Part shown: positions 49,846 through 63,905 of the stretch, piece after piece
Layout: each line of letters opens with the position of its first letter
Numbering within the stretch: position 1 is the stretch's first letter
NCBI GenBank assembly: GCA_951406725.2
Contig: OX597821.1
Span: 79,980,001 to 80,044,000 of the forward strand
DNA from: Octopus vulgaris
Taxonomy: Eukaryota
Length of the DNA stretch: 64,000 nucleotides
Direction: 5' to 3'
Position numbers and translations under genes: made by a program
Notes under the pieces: generated by a model
What the model saw: the letters and a program-made list of their open reading frames with translations, nothing else
What the model was told of the DNA's origin: nothing
Database searches by the model: none

Positions 49846-50580
49846 GGCGGTGAACTAGCAGAATCGTTAGCACGCCAGGTAAAATGATTTACTTTTACTT
49901 TTACTTGTTTCAGTCATTTGACTGCGGCCATGCTGGGGTACCGCCTTTAGTCGAGAAAATCGACCCCAGGAGGTAAACACACCACCATCGGTTATAAAGC
50001 GTTGTTGGGGGACAAACACAGACACACAAACATATATATATATATACATATATACGGCGGGCTTCTTTCAGTTTCCGTCTACCAAATCCACCCACAAGGC
50101 TTTAGTCGACCCGAGGCTATAGTAGAAGACACTTACCCAAGGTGCCACGCAATGGGAATGAACTCGGAACCATGTGGTTGGTAAGCAAGCTACTTACCAC
50201 ACAGCCACTCCTGCGCCTATGATTAGCAATATTTTGTCCGCCTTTACGTTCTGAGTTCAAATGCCACCAAGGTCGACTTTGCCTTTCATCTCTTTAGGAG
50301 GTCGATAAAAATAAATATCAATTAAGAACTGGCGGTCGATGTAATCAACTTGGCCCCTTGGCCCCGAAACTACTAGACTTGGGCAAAAATGTGAAACCAT
50401 TATTAAGGAGGCGAGCTGAAAAAATTGTTAGCGGCATATTTCTTCCAGCTCCTTCCAATTAAACTTTCACGTTACCGCTCATCCCTTTCGAGATCGATAG
50501 AATGAAGTACCAGTCGTATACTGGGGTCGATGTAATCAACTTACCCTATTCACTAAACCGCTGCGAAAATGTGAAACAAT
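49846..50580 (+). mobile_element. SINE family B dimer, interrupted by a nested family A SINE
   Basis: B head at 49846-49889, resuming at 50219. A second B unit lies at about 50405-50580. Confidence 0.8.
49890..50218 (-). mobile_element. SINE family A nested in a family B SINE
   Basis: ATGATT is duplicated at 49884-49889 and 50219-50224 (target-site duplication). Confidence 0.9.
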
Positions 50581-50860
50581 TCTTGTTATTGATGCTGTCG
50601 TTACTGTTAGGAGTGACGTTACCTAAGTTAACTAGGATGGTCAGTCAGTAGTCTAATAAACACAGCCTCATAGCAAAATTGCCTTTCCTTTATTCTGCGA
50701 AGGTGTCTCTTATTAATGTCACAGACTTCCCCCCATATTAGTTTCTTACAATTCGTTTGTATTTCTGTCTTGTTTATATCGTATTGTTTAAGCATTCTTA
50801 GAAAACAAGGCCGACTTTTTATATATTGTATGTAAATGTAGATCATTGAAGGGATAGGAC

Positions 50861-50915
<55 letters not shown>

Positions 50916-51046
50916 AGCACACGTTTCTTGGTTGTTCGTAGAGCTTTGGATTTAAGGTCCATCTTATGTCTCATTTTTTTTTGTTAACCATTAATACAGT
51001 CTTATTGACAATGTTTCAATTGCAGTCGTGATAAAAACGATGTCAT

Positions 51047-51085
<39 letters not shown>

Positions 51086-51578
51086 TACGGTTTAACACCA
51101 CCTCTAGACCCTTGGGATTTTAGAGTATTACAGGCATTTGGACTACGTCTCCATTCTGCTTTAACTCTATCAGTATCCGCAATGAATATTATAAATACTT
51201 ATCTAAAATGCGCCGTTCTTTCAGCAACAGTATTTTTTTATCATCCGATTGTTGAATAAATTAATATAAATTTAACCCAATATTTCATAACGATTAAGAA
51301 TATTGATTGAAACCTTTTGTTATAATATTTCTAACTAAAGTACACTCCAGCGTGTTTCAGTTATATTTTGAAAATACTTGAATTTAAACTAGTTTCGTAA
51401 AAGCAATTGTAAATTCTCTAGTATAGCAACACGTTAAAGTGATGTTTTAAGAAAACATATGCTTCTTTCGTAACTTCGTTATGGATTTTGTTTCGAAATT
51501 ACCATAACTCCAGGTCAGTACAGGTAAAATCTGATATAAATTTTATTTAAGTACCCATCATATATTAAGCTATTGATA

Positions 51579-51880
51579 TTAAGAGAGCACATTCAAAATG
51601 AGATGATTTGAGAACGAAGCGAGGTGAACGGCGTGATCAGAGAATACTGCAAGCATATGTTCACAGACAACAGGTAGACCCATGACGTTGCCGAGTGGTA
51701 ACCAAAAGATCAGAAAAGGCCACTTGGAAGGTTTTCTATTTATGTGGAAAGACGATTTGGTCAAGCAGTTTGGGTCGAGATGGAAAAGAATGACGCAATC
51801 AAGACAGAATTGGAAGCTCATTGTGACCAGCAGTGTATAGCAGCATCTAATTACCTGGCCAATACTGTAATACTACGATA
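51579..51880 (+). pseudogene. 3' end of an RTE-clade LINE
   Basis: LREHIQNE...FTDNR*THDVAEW*PKDQKRPLGR...WKDDLVKQFGSRWKRMTQSRQNWK matches the RTE C-terminal DNRW..EW.P...KR..GRP..W.D signature. Confidence 0.85.
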
Positions 51881-52149
51881 TTGAACTATCATCGAATATT
51901 ATAACTGATACGGTTTACAAAATGTCCATTACATTTGTGAGAAATATGTTCTAATTTCGTCCAGGTTTGTCCTTTTTTCATCACATTTTGCCTTGCGATT
52001 AGACTACGCTGAGATTATATGGAACAATTGGACTAAAAACAACCAGAAACTAAATTAGTTTTTAATAGGTTTTAAGTCCTGAGAATCAGTATGGTTTCTT
52101 CTGAAAATATCTGAAGAGAAATATTTTGAAACTTTTCATTCTACTCTGC

Positions 52150-52620
52150 GATTGTTGGATATCACCAATACTAACTTCGTCACTTTCCAAAAGAAAATTA
52201 TTGATTCACTCAGGAAAGGCCAATGGTAACTGGAAGATCCTATACAGGAAAATTTTTCTAAGAACGAAGCAATATGATATAAACAGTAAATCCATACTCT
52301 CATTTATCAAAGAAGACAGTTTTGAACGCTATAAAAACATAGCTGTCACTTGGTAGCTCTAAAATTGTAACATTGTCACAAAATTCTCCAAATATTAGAT
52401 GAGTTGCAAAAATGTTAGGATACGTCTGTGATTTCGTTGCTACGAAGGAAAGTGGAAAATTAAGTTCTATGAACGATGTCTGTTGGCTGACATTTCTGCA
52501 CAACATGGTACCTTTTTAAGACAGATAGCTGATTGATGAATGTCGAATTCTAAGTGACCTTCCAAGGGGGACGAGAATTAGTGATGATCGCTGACTATTG
52601 AAGCAGCAAGATTAGTAACA
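52150..52620 (+). pseudogene. Possible very old RTE-type reverse transcriptase fragment
   Basis: Decayed motifs in the expected order: TGRSYTGKFF (GRST..QIF), FIKEDSFER (FID..KAFDR), RCLL (QGC.LSP) and GTRISD (G..I.NLRFADD). Confidence 0.35.
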
Positions 52621-53524
52621 TAACCAATGACTGTATTTCTCACTAGAAGATGATGTTGATGATATACAATATTTTGCAAGATTTAGATTCCGTTTGTGTA
52701 AGGTAGCCATATTTTAGTCGTTTAGCTCACAGCAGTACAGTATTGGATAGATAATGAGTGACTAAGAAACTCAGCGATTTCCCTTAAGAATTATAAATAC
52801 CAGCCAACATAACTATAAGAGTTAGTCATTAGTAAAAATAAAGCATAAAACAAAACGAAAACCGTTTGCTGTTTGGTGTTTAAATTCTCTTCTGTTGATG
52901 CATAACTAATTGAAAAACTTTTAGACGACACAGAAATATCTATAAAAATGTTTAAATTAGTCAACTCAGAGTTAAAACATATTTGTAGAGCTGATTAATT
53001 GGTCTTTCCCTTTATTTGAAGGCGGTTTGACTCAGATTTGAATGAAATTATTTACATATTAATTGGTTTTAACACTCACGTCTGATGCGCCATTTTGTCG
53101 CAGCTTCGTTTTACCTTATTTTGAAACGAATATAAACATGTAGCTTTGACATTCTGTCTATATGTCTGTCTATTTGCTTAACTGTCTGTCTGCTATGTAC
53201 ATCTGCATGTATGCGTCTATATGCATGCATACCCATGAGCGCTACTTATAACATGTAATCCAATACATGTCACAGAGGCGGCTTATCGGTGACTAAACCG
53301 GCAACACCACCAAGCCTATTTGATGTAAAGAATGACTTCTGAACAACCTTCATGATAAAAAACCCAAACCTGTCAAAAGTCGAATGAACTCACGGCGATT
53401 CGATAATGCATGTACATATGTGTATTTATGAAGATTCCCTTCCCTGAACCAGCGGTGTTTTTAATCCCAGATCATCTTATTTTTTTTTGTTCGTCGTTAG
53501 TTTAACAGTTTCAGACATCTAGAG

Positions 53525-53759
53525 TGGTGGTTCTCAACCGGGGTCCATATAAGAATGGCTATTAGAATTTATGTGCAATAAATTTGTTATACTTCTACTG
53601 TACACAAAATATTTACTTTTTTTTAATACAATTCCTTATTATATTTGATTTTAAAAATACAGTAGGATGTTTATATAAACATCGAATGGTTATGGAGGTC
53701 CAGGAGAGTAAAATCGGAAACAAAGAGGTCCATAGGCAAAAAATGGTCGAGGTCCATTG
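53525..53759 (+). mobile_element. hAT (Charlie-like) MITE
   Basis: Left TGGTGGTTCTCAACC and right GGTCGAGGTCCATTG are decayed CAGTGGTTCTCAACC TIRs. Flanks ATCTAGAG/TTTTAGAA resemble the nTCTAGAn target. Confidence 0.7.
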
Positions 53760-54322
53760 TTTTAGAATCTGAAAGTCATGTCACACTTGTTTGTCACTAA
53801 AATTTGATGCGCCATTTCGTTTCCCATTTATCTTTTTCCAACGAAAATCAAGACTCGACGTTCTTGGAGCCGTAAATAGACGACGAGCCTTTGCGACGGT
53901 TAGAGTATCACGTGTGTCATCTCATCGACAATAAAATACTGTCACTTCTGCAATCTCGTCGCTCATGAGTGCACGCGTAAAATGTAGTATCCACTCACCG
54001 AAGTGACTGTGCCCTGCGTCGAATTATAATCAGAGTCAACGAGCTACTCTTGATTTTGCCCTACTGGGGTGTGTCTTGTTATCGTGAAAGACCTTCACAA
54101 GGGAGTACTATTTCTTAACAGAAAAGAGAAAGAAAGCGCAAAAATTTTGTCAGACATGATAGCAAGTCGAAAGCTACGTATATATGTATATATATTTGTA
54201 TGTATGAATATTGGAGAGTATGAACAAAACAGAAAAAGAAAAAAGTGTATGAAAACATGACGACTTTGTGCTCGTTTCCTGGAAGGTGAAATCTCACTTT
54301 TATCGCACTATCTCATTTGGTG

Positions 54323-54377
<55 letters not shown>

Positions 54378-54383
54378 GTGTGT

Positions 54384-54427
<44 letters not shown>

Positions 54428-54439
54428 ATATCTATACAC

Positions 54440-54470
<31 letters not shown>

Positions 54471-54587
54471 GACATATATATATATATACATATACATATA
54501 TAGACATATATATACATATAAATATATAGACATATATATATATATATATATACATTAAATATATAGACATATATATATATATACATA

Positions 54588-54625
<38 letters not shown>

Positions 54626-55031
54626 CACTTCAATGGGACAGGTCAGTTTCTGTTTTTCCACTTTCTTTACCATACAGTTCTTCACAATTTAGTGTTTAGT
54701 GTTATATTTAAATACCTCGTTACTTATCTGATCATTGAATCGTGGGCAATGCAATCCAATGTGCTCCTCCTTTCTTTTAAAGATGGCAGTGTGTGATTTT
54801 ATTGCAAAGTAGGTGAGGTGAGTCAGAGCTAGACCAGCGCTGCGAAGATATTAGTATGCAACTGATTTACATCAGAAAAGTAGAAGTGTTATAACAGTGG
54901 CAGAAAAAGAGAAAAAGCTATTAGCTATTCGTTGAAGCCTGTTGGTGATCTGATCATTCACTTTTCGCCGAATTATCTTCTTTTGGATCTAGTGTAGGAT
55001 AATGTTAATGTTAACAGTACTGTGGTGTTTC

Positions 55032-55364
55032 GACCACAGGGTCTACTCTTTGTGATGTGGTGGCTCGTGTGCCTCAATGACCTTGATAGCTATACTAGCG
55101 GAGCGTAAGCTTCTGTAGGACCTTCCATGCTGGACAGGTCAAAGGATAGAGGCCAGATTAATATGAGCTACCTCATCCCCGAGGTAAAAACTGGTTTGCA
55201 AAGGGCCAAAATCATAACCCAGAAAAATGAAGTTACAGATGCATTGGTGCCAATTAAAAACCAGCAAGAGCTGGGAGAAGGGTTCTTCCCTCAGCAAAAG
55301 ACAATTCTGAATCGAGAGCAGGGGGAAAAATCGTCAATGACCTATGCTCCAAATGGAGCGAAGG

Positions 55365-55370
<6 letters not shown>
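55032..55370 (+). mobile_element. Bipartite non-autonomous RTE-derived element (5' UTR-like part joined to 3' end)
   Basis: The 5' part GTGTGCCTCAATGACCTTG..AGCTAT..CCATGCTGGACAGGTCAAAGG resembles RTE 5' UTRs. The 3' part CCTATGCTCC-aaat-GGAGC is an RTE-type terminal hairpin, followed by (GA)n. Confidence 0.6.
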
Positions 55371-55423
<53 letters not shown>

Positions 55424-55424
55424 G

Positions 55425-56100
55425 TAGCGAGGTGAACAGAATGTAGTGCGAATATTACTTGAGATTTGTTGAATATTCGGAACGAACTCTCTCCTTCTCT
55501 CACTCTAAAGACGAACTCTAAATTTTGTGATGCAGTTTTGCTACTGATACATCAATGTGGTTGCCATAAGAGATCCTTATAGATTGTAAGGTCTGGCACT
55601 TGTAGATACGCTAAGAGTTTGTAATTGCCTGTTATTCGTATCAAAAACTTTGATGCACAAGATATTTTTCTCGATAAGTAAAGTGATCGAGAATTTGTGC
55701 TTTTGAAAGAAACAATATTCTCAGGTTTCTATGGAAGGATACTTTCAATTACCTTTTTTTCAGAGGATTTTGTGTATATTTGGCGTAAAGTGTTTTTGTC
55801 GCATATGGACGACGCCATTGTATTGAAGGTTAAGAAAGAATAAAGCGCAGTAATATCGCAGTAATATTAGAATAAAAAAATGTAAAAAGGCGAAATATTT
55901 ATCTGCATGATGTGAGGAGAGGAGTGTGCGTTGTCAGAAGTAACGGTAAGTAGGTCATTAATGTAAAGGAGAGAAGGTGTAGGAGATATTGCTGAACCTT
56001 GAGGAGTACATAAGAGGTAATAGAATGTGGGTCGGCGTGAGCTCAGTCGATATATACTGCTATGGTGTGGTCTGACAGGAAGCTTCCGATCCAAAGAGAA
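55425..56100 (-). pseudogene. Decayed reverse transcriptase of a CR1/L2/Jockey-group LINE
   Basis: WIGSFLSDHTIAVYID, PQGSAISPTPSLLYINDLL, LLWQPH and VAKTASQNLEFVFR occur in the correct order with frameshifts. Confidence 0.8.
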
Positions 56101-57416
56101 AAAAAAGAAAAGCAAACAAAAAACTTACAAAATAATAATAAACGAGAGACGGATGTAAATATCAGCCTACAAAACCACACACCTACCAGCCTTATTATCT
56201 TCCTATGTCTGTTACAAACCAGCAACTATTAACTTTAAAAATAAAGTTTGCATAGAAATGAATGCCGCTTATTAATTATTGCATTTTCCCACTCGTGGTT
56301 ATTTTTATATCTGCTACCTGATACAGTTAATCGATCGATAAATATAATTCATCAAATCCACCTGACTCCCTTCTACCAGCCATATTTGTTTTATGTTGCT
56401 GTTGTTGTTATTATTTCTATTATTTTAAATAATTTCCTTCATTTTATCGCTCCTCTCGATTCACAGAAATCGAAAAGTAACGAGTATTCATTTAGAAACA
56501 CGATCCAGGGATTTGAACTCAATTTTATTTGATTTAAGAGCACGGTGTTGCCTTTCTTTAAGGATTAATGTGACAACAATGACAATAACTACAACTGCAA
56601 CAGCAATCTCAACCACAACAACAGCATCGAACCTCGGTGTGGCTACAAGATGTGCAAAAAATAGCGCTCTGACCTTGAAATAACCACCTTTCTTTCTAGC
56701 TTGAATAATTTAGACGTAGATTTATAAGATAAACAGACAGGATGGTCATATCTAGAACAGCTTTGATCCTAGGTCTTTACTTGGTGGGTGGGGGGATAAA
56801 TAACAACGATAGAAAATCCTCGCATTCCCAATATAAAGGAAAAACACAAGAAAAAAAAACACGAAAATTAAAACTTGCATCTATATTTCACAATAAAAAA
56901 GAAGTTACCTCGTTGCCACTCCGAAATCTTTTTTTTTTTTTAATCTACCTTAACATAGAAACTGGGACAAATCCTCTGACCCCTAATTCAGAAATATCGT
57001 TTTGTCGTATTTGATTTTAGTTATTCGATACAGTTGGAATATTTCTTTTTTCTAAATACACTCAACGACATTACAGGTGAAGACAACATTCCCACTACCT
57101 GTTCACACACAACTCACTGCACACAACACACACACACACACACACAAAACATACACATACGCAGACTTCTCTTTCACTCGCTCTCATTCACACAATCGCT
57201 CCTACATTCTACTTAATTTACAGGTTATATTCATTTTTAATGCTCATTCGCCATCATCCATCCGCTATATAGTAAAAGAAGAATATGGTTATTATTGATA
57301 ATGACAGACATCTGACATATTTCAATCATGAAAATTCGTCGCAACGCTAACGGAATAATAATAATAATAATGATAATAATGATGATAATAATAATAATGA
57401 TTATAATAATAATAAC

Positions 57417-57498
<82 letters not shown>

Positions 57499-57502
57499 AT
57501 AA

Positions 57503-57837
57503 GTGGGAGAGCATCATAGCCGTGTTTTGAAAGGAATTCTTGGAGGTTTGAGTAATTCACCTTTGGAAACATGGGTGGTTCGTTCAACATCCTTAAACAA
57601 CCCTTATTCAGGGACCTTTTAAGCGGAATGGGTTACTCGACCAGAAAAACATTCTAACTGAGCCCCACCTGCAAGGTTATGCGCTGTTTATCTTGATATG
57701 AGATCACCATGTCGCGCACATATGGTTGTGATGCATGTGCCTGGTGTACCCTTATCAGACGGGTAGTCATGATGGGTATACTGGGCTTCCTATATTTTAC
57801 CCCAGCGTCCCTTTGATGGCATGTACTGCTCTCTCAC
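57503..57837 (+). mobile_element. Truncated copy of the (TAA)n-embedded element
   Basis: Reverse complement of about 28474-28798. (AAT)n at 57355-57500 and 57838-57955. Confidence 0.85.
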
Positions 57838-57940
<103 letters not shown>

Positions 57941-58169
57941 CAACAACAACAACGATAATGGTGAAAAAAAGGTGGTGATTTGGAAGCTGATGGTGGTAAT
58001 TATAATGAAGAGGAATTTTTATTTTAGCATCAGTATCTGGCGACGGTTCCAGTTACATCGAGGAGCTCTATGAAAACCTGTTGAAGGTTACAGTCAGCAG
58101 ACCTCCGTTGTAGCTATTTTAAAAAGTAACTCAATTCGAGATATCAGCTGGTGTCTACAAATAGAAAAG

Positions 58170-58590
58170 TCGTAGCTGTGTTGTAAGAAGTTCAACTTGC
58201 AAACCACATAGTTCCAGTTTCAGTTCCATTGCGTGGCACTTTGGGCGAGTGTCTTCTACTAAAGCCTCGGGGTGACCAACACCTGAGTGGATTTGGTAGA
58301 CATAAAACTGAAAGAAGCTTATGTATATATGTACGTGTGTGTGTGTGTGTATGTGCGTGTATGCGTGTGTGTGTTTCTGTCTTTTTGTCTGTGTTTGACC
58401 CCACACCACACCGCTTGAGAAGCGCTACCGGTAAGGTAGCGGTTCGATAAAAGATATTGATAGAATAAGTACCAGGGTAGAAAACAAAAAGTACTGGGGT
58501 CGATTCGTTCGACTAAAAATATGCAAAGCGATGCTACAGCATGGCCGCAGTCAAATAACTGAAACAAGTAAAAGAGAGAGTAAAAAGAGT
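58170..58590 (+). mobile_element. SINE family A
   Basis: The head, domain and AAAAGAGT tail are recognisable. Confidence 0.85.
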
Positions 58591-58609
58591 ATATCAATGA
58601 AAGGTCCTT

Positions 58610-58845
58610 TCAGAGCCATAAGCTCATAAGGCTAGTTTTTTTTCGGTTTCTGTGGCATATATATTCCTCGGGGAAGGAGCGCTGATCCGTCGCAAGACTG
58701 CTCCTTTTGGCTAGCTCCAGTGAAGCAACGTGAAATAAGATATTATACACAAGAACACAATGAATTGCCCGGTCTAGAAATCGAAACCACAACGCAAGCT
58801 TACGATCACGTGTGCATACTCTAAGGACTATGCCACGCGCCTCCA
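58610..58845 (-). mobile_element. SINE family D
   Basis: GCAACGTGAAATAAG...CAAGAACACAA...AATCGAAACCAC...CCACGCGCCTCC. Confidence 0.75.
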
Positions 58846-59610
58846 CACACACACAGACATACACTATATATATATATATACATTGTGTTATTTCTCTGTG
58901 ATGACATCTCGTACGGACGTGCTGTGTTGTAGACAATGAATATCAGGGAGAGACGTAAGTTCGCCCAGTCAGGGACCAGCGAGAATACCAGATGTATTTC
59001 GGCATTAATGAGTATTTTCAATAGCATGTATTCACAACCAGCTACATGCTCTAATGGGAGTTCGTCGCCTCTGATGCACGAAAAGTAAATAAAACATTCC
59101 CAGATGTTGCAAATATGCACAGGCGCACGCGCACACACGCGCACACACATACCAATACACTTGCAGGCGTGAATTGGATCTGTGTATAATGGACTTCTAT
59201 AATGTTCGTTAGTTTTTTTTTAAATAGGTTATTTTAAGATTCTTTTTAAGCAATAGACCTATTTTTAAAAAAAATAAAAATTAGTTCTTTAGAATTTTCG
59301 ATAAAGGTAATAAGGTAATGTTTTATGTGTTTGTCATATCGTGACTGATTCAAATTGCGATGGCAATATTGCGCAGTGTGCAGAGAAAGGCTATAGCATG
59401 ACTGAAATTTTATATCGTATTCTAAAGTAAAACTTCATGTAGAAAAGCGATTCTTACTGACCTGGAATATAGATTAGAGAGTTATAATGATTTCTCAGGA
59501 AATGGTACACGGGAATGGTTTTTCCCCCCTTGCAACTAAATTCATAGCTAACGTCTAAAGAGCAGTGCCACAATATAGTAAAACCATATATATGTATGTG
59601 TGTGCATGCT

Positions 59611-59703
<93 letters not shown>

Positions 59704-60489
59704 ATATATACATACATATATATATACATATGAAAATATGTGCATATATATATATATATATATGAAAATATATGCATATATATATATATATATATATATA
59801 TGAATATATATACACATATATATATATGAATATATATATATATGTATACATATGAATATATATACGTGTGTTTGTCATGTACATGAATACATGTATCCAC
59901 ATGCATATTTACGCGTGTATATATAAACTCGCATTGTTTTGCTGCTCTTCCGCGCAAGACATAACGAAACGTGTTACTATATATCTAATTTTAAACTCAG
60001 TGCACCACAGCTGTGGGCTGAATATCTCATACATTCGTTTATATTGTCATTATTACCACAAAACGTTAACTGGAAAAGAAACCGTTTTAACAGATGCGTT
60101 GCAATAGTTTGAAGTATGTCACCATATGAGAATAGATCAATCTTTTTGGGTTTTATGTTTTCCCTCATAACAACAGCGTTAATTCAAGCAGGATTTTTCA
60201 CTAGAAACACGCAGAGAGACGACAGTAACGCTTTTAAAAGAGCATTTGTTTTTATTTTTACTTTTTCTTTCGTATTTCTGTTTTAGATATTTCACTACTC
60301 TTGGCTCCACAAATAATGAAGCATTTCAAATTTCAGTGTTTATCAGGTGAAAGAGATGAAATGATAACGAATTTCCTTACAACCTATATATTTCTTATCC
60401 AAGAGTCCAATTTCCTTTTGGATGCAGCTATCTACAGACAAAGTTTCAGAATACAAACTGAAAAATTTCGATATTAGTATTTCGTAATT

Positions 60490-62810
60490 ATATCAAATAT
60501 TTCCACTTTTTACGTAATCCTGCGCATTCTTTCTCAATTTTCAAATTATCCAGTTACAGCAGAAATCCACTGATGAGCAAAGCAGTGACTCATGGTTTGC
60601 ACTCTTGCCAAGTTCAAAGAAAGACGATTCCTCTCTGATTTCGTTTTCACATTTGTGTCTCTGGTTTGGCCAAATTCAACGCAGAATCGATTTAGACATT
60701 TCTGCCTATTCCACATGAACTTCGAGTAACATATACAAATTTTCAGGTCCTATCTTCACACCTGGCATTGATGGAATAGTTACTTGTCTTTCCTTCCTGT
60801 AGGCAGGTATTTTCTAAACGACGTCATGAATGATGGATGTTGTGGAACGCTTACACTATTTTAATCTTCGTATTGATATCAATATCATGGATATATTTCG
60901 TCGAGCACCTGATATTTTTAGTTTTGCTAGCAACGTCTCTTCTGATAGCAGGCGGGGAAATGCCTGCCGATAAGTCTAACATTATTGTGCTTGAGACAAT
61001 AGTTGCATATCAGCATGCGTTATTATGAACTCTTTTCATAAATTTTGCTTGTGAATATCTAATCCATATTGGACGCATATATTCTGAATCTAAGTAGCAC
61101 AAAACCAATTCCGTTTTCCTGAGTGTTAGACGAGTAGCACTCCACTGGCAAGTTGTTAGATTTGTGCTATAGAATTCCCTATGCTAAATTAGGTTCCTAG
61201 ACTAGGTGTCTCTTAAATGTTAGACCTCAATTTAACAACATGCTATTGCGATTGTTGCAGTGTTCAAAGCAGTGTTCTAGACCATGATATATTCAATTTT
61301 CAATTTGATTCCTTAGAGTTTCATTTTTTCATGTAAAATCTGAGACGTATCTTTTTAGTTGATTATAAATGAAACGATTGCCTTTTTAATAGCTTACTTT
61401 GTTTAAAGCGTCATTTAGAGTTATTTCGTTGTCGAAATTTTCATTTACTATGCCCTACATAACATCTTGATAGAGATAAATCGTTTAGTAATCTTTCGTG
61501 CAAGCATTTATGGTAGTCTGTTTCCTACCTTGCAATTTTGTTTTTGTAATCTTAGAAACAAAAACGCCATGTTTCCAGAAAATAAATATTATATCTCTCT
61601 TTTCAATGAATATTGAAGGATTATCCTAAAAAAACGCATACGTGATGTCATTCATTTGTAGAGAAGCCTTCGACATCTCAGACTTGAAATTACGTGCATG
61701 GCTGTAGCAACTGAACAAGCACAATAAATATGGAAGTGTACTCTTTGGGGAAATCGAGATCTTCATTGTATAAACACATGACACTTGAAAAGCGTAGTTG
61801 AAGAGCTACAGATAACGAAGGAAAATAGCCATACTTACAAACCTCCTAGTCAGCCTTTTGCAACTCCTGAGGTACCATATTTTTTGTTAAATATATGTAC
61901 ATGCAATTTAACAGTAAAATTGATTTATTTCTTTACTAAATGATTAAGAAACCGGTCAAAATTGTAATACCAAAATTATTTACAGACTATGAGCTCTCCT
62001 GCTATTAATGTGGTTCACAAAACTTCATATGAGATAATTTGCTGGACTATTTTCAAAAACACATTATACGATTTTGTTTCGGTTAATATGGTTGTCGGAA
62101 GTAGGTTCCAAAACATTGGAGGAGATTTATTTCCTACTAAAATAGCATTGAAAAATCGATCCATATCATTAATCATTAACTCTTTAAAACTTCATGGCGC
62201 TTAGAAAATATTTTTACAACATTTCTTCATAACAGTTGAACAGCTTTGTTACACCACAAACGAAACATCTTCGGAAAATTTCATTTAGACAAAGCTAATT
62301 TCAATTTTCATTAAGATTTTGGCAAGCTGGTCCGAGGATTTGAAATGATTTGTTTAAGGGCTGAAATTTTATTTTTCACAAATCCGCTTACGAATGAGAT
62401 GCGCAAGACATCAGACATATTAGATGTGAAAAATATGATTGAGATATAGCCATAATTCCTTTCTTTAAGAGTAGTAGGTTGAAAATGAGATATAATCGAA
62501 CTCTACAGAACTGACTTCAGTTCAAGTGAATATCGAAACATTTTTGGCAAAGTTATTGGTTTTAAAGAAACAAAAAGTATTACGATGTGATTTTCAAGAG
62601 TTTAGCTGAGTCAATCGAGAGTTTACGCAGCGAAGAACTCAATACTGATTAATTCTGCTTTAATATAAATAGAAAAGTTTCCCTGAAAAGTGGACTGAGA
62701 TGAAGTGATGTCTAAGATATTGTAATGTATTTTTTTGAATATGCTGCGTTTATCCAGTGTTGCATACTTATGAGTGGTTCGATTCTGATGGGTGAGAGTG
62801 ACCAAATTTT
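60490..62810 (-). pseudogene. Fossil Ingi/Vingi-clade LINE (APE, RT and C-terminal region)
   Basis: Ordered decayed motifs: THKYA..IF (HEKYGSAIF), NSRRAHSL, LTFKRH, LTTCQWSAT..TLRKTELVLCY.DSEY..PIW..., NNAC..T.CLK, AGISPPAIRR, CLNRF and QTMSH. Many stops and indels. Confidence 0.7.
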
Positions 62811-62814
62811 TTTG

Positions 62815-63170
62815 TCGGCACACTGTGGTAGAATGGTTAAGCACTTCACTCCACACACAGAAGGTTCCAGATACGCTTTCCTAAGATACGGGGTACCGGC
62901 AAACGTCATTTTCTATAGCCTCGAATTAATTCACGATTTGTGAGTGAATTTGGCAGGGGGACGGAAACTTTATTGAATCCCGTCAGATAGATTGTACTTT
63001 CATTTCAAATGTGCAACTCCGTCATACTGCGTCACGTAGGTTCCAGCTGAGAACCATATTAAGGTTACGCGTGTCCGTGGAATGTTCAGCGATTTACACA
63101 CTAACTAATTGAGCCGAGTGATACAGTTGATTGAACTAGTGAAATCTCGTGCGTGGAAATTCTGATTGAG
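62815..63170 (+). mobile_element. Old chimeric SINE: family A-like head with the tail seen at 37850-38030
   Basis: TTGTGAGTGAATTTGG..GACGGAAACT followed by GAGAACCATATTAAGGTTACGCGTGTCCGTGGAATGTTCAGC. Confidence 0.55.
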
Positions 63171-63691
63171 ATCCGGTTATTTATTTATTTATTTATTTAT
63201 TTATTCATTTGGGTGTCTTAGTCGCTGAAAGTAATTAGAAAGAAAAAGTTTCCAGAATATGGAATAAATATCTGTTCATTACTTTCTTAAATACGATTAA
63301 CGTAAACTGTGCTATCGAGATTGTCGGAATAAAGATGACTGTTGAATGGCTGCAGACTAAAAGATCAGCAATATTTATATTCCCCATTTTTTCTGCTCTT
63401 GGTCTTTGCCTTTCATCATTTTTGTGTCGTTTTATCAACACATAAAGATGACGACGAAAGGCTAAAATGCGTTATCAATGAAGGATTCTCTTTTTTAAAA
63501 ACATTCTGGATTTGTGTTGAAGCGAAAATGAAATAAAATAAAATAAAAATACTTGTTTTCGCATAAACCAGCACCAACATTACACTGGGATTGGCTTGAC
63601 CAAGCATACAAGCACTTCTAAAATAAACTTAGATTTAGACCTGTTCGATAATTTTGATCGAATTTTCATGTCAATATTTTATTTGGTCTGG

Positions 63692-63905
63692 GGGCAGCGA
63701 GGTAGCAGAATCGTTAGAAAGCCGAGAAAATGCTTAGCAGCATTTCGTCCGTTTTTATGTTCCGAGTTCCGATTTTGCCGAGGTTGACTTTACCTTTCAT
63801 TCTTTCGGGGTCGATAAAATAAGTACCAGTTGAGCACTAGAAACAATGTCATCGACTTACCTCTTCCCCAAAATTCCTGGTTTTGTGCCAAAATTGGAAA
63901 TTAGT
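63692..63905 (+). mobile_element. SINE family B, full monomer
   Basis: GGCAGCGAGGTAGCAGAATCGTTAG...CCTTTCATTCTTTCGGGGTCGATAAAATAAGTACCAG. Confidence 0.88.

Noticed and set aside
53800-54110. CpG-rich patch with a minus-strand GTGAGT donor-like site near 53995
   Set aside because: No supported exon frame or partner exon. A promoter or exon call would need expression data.
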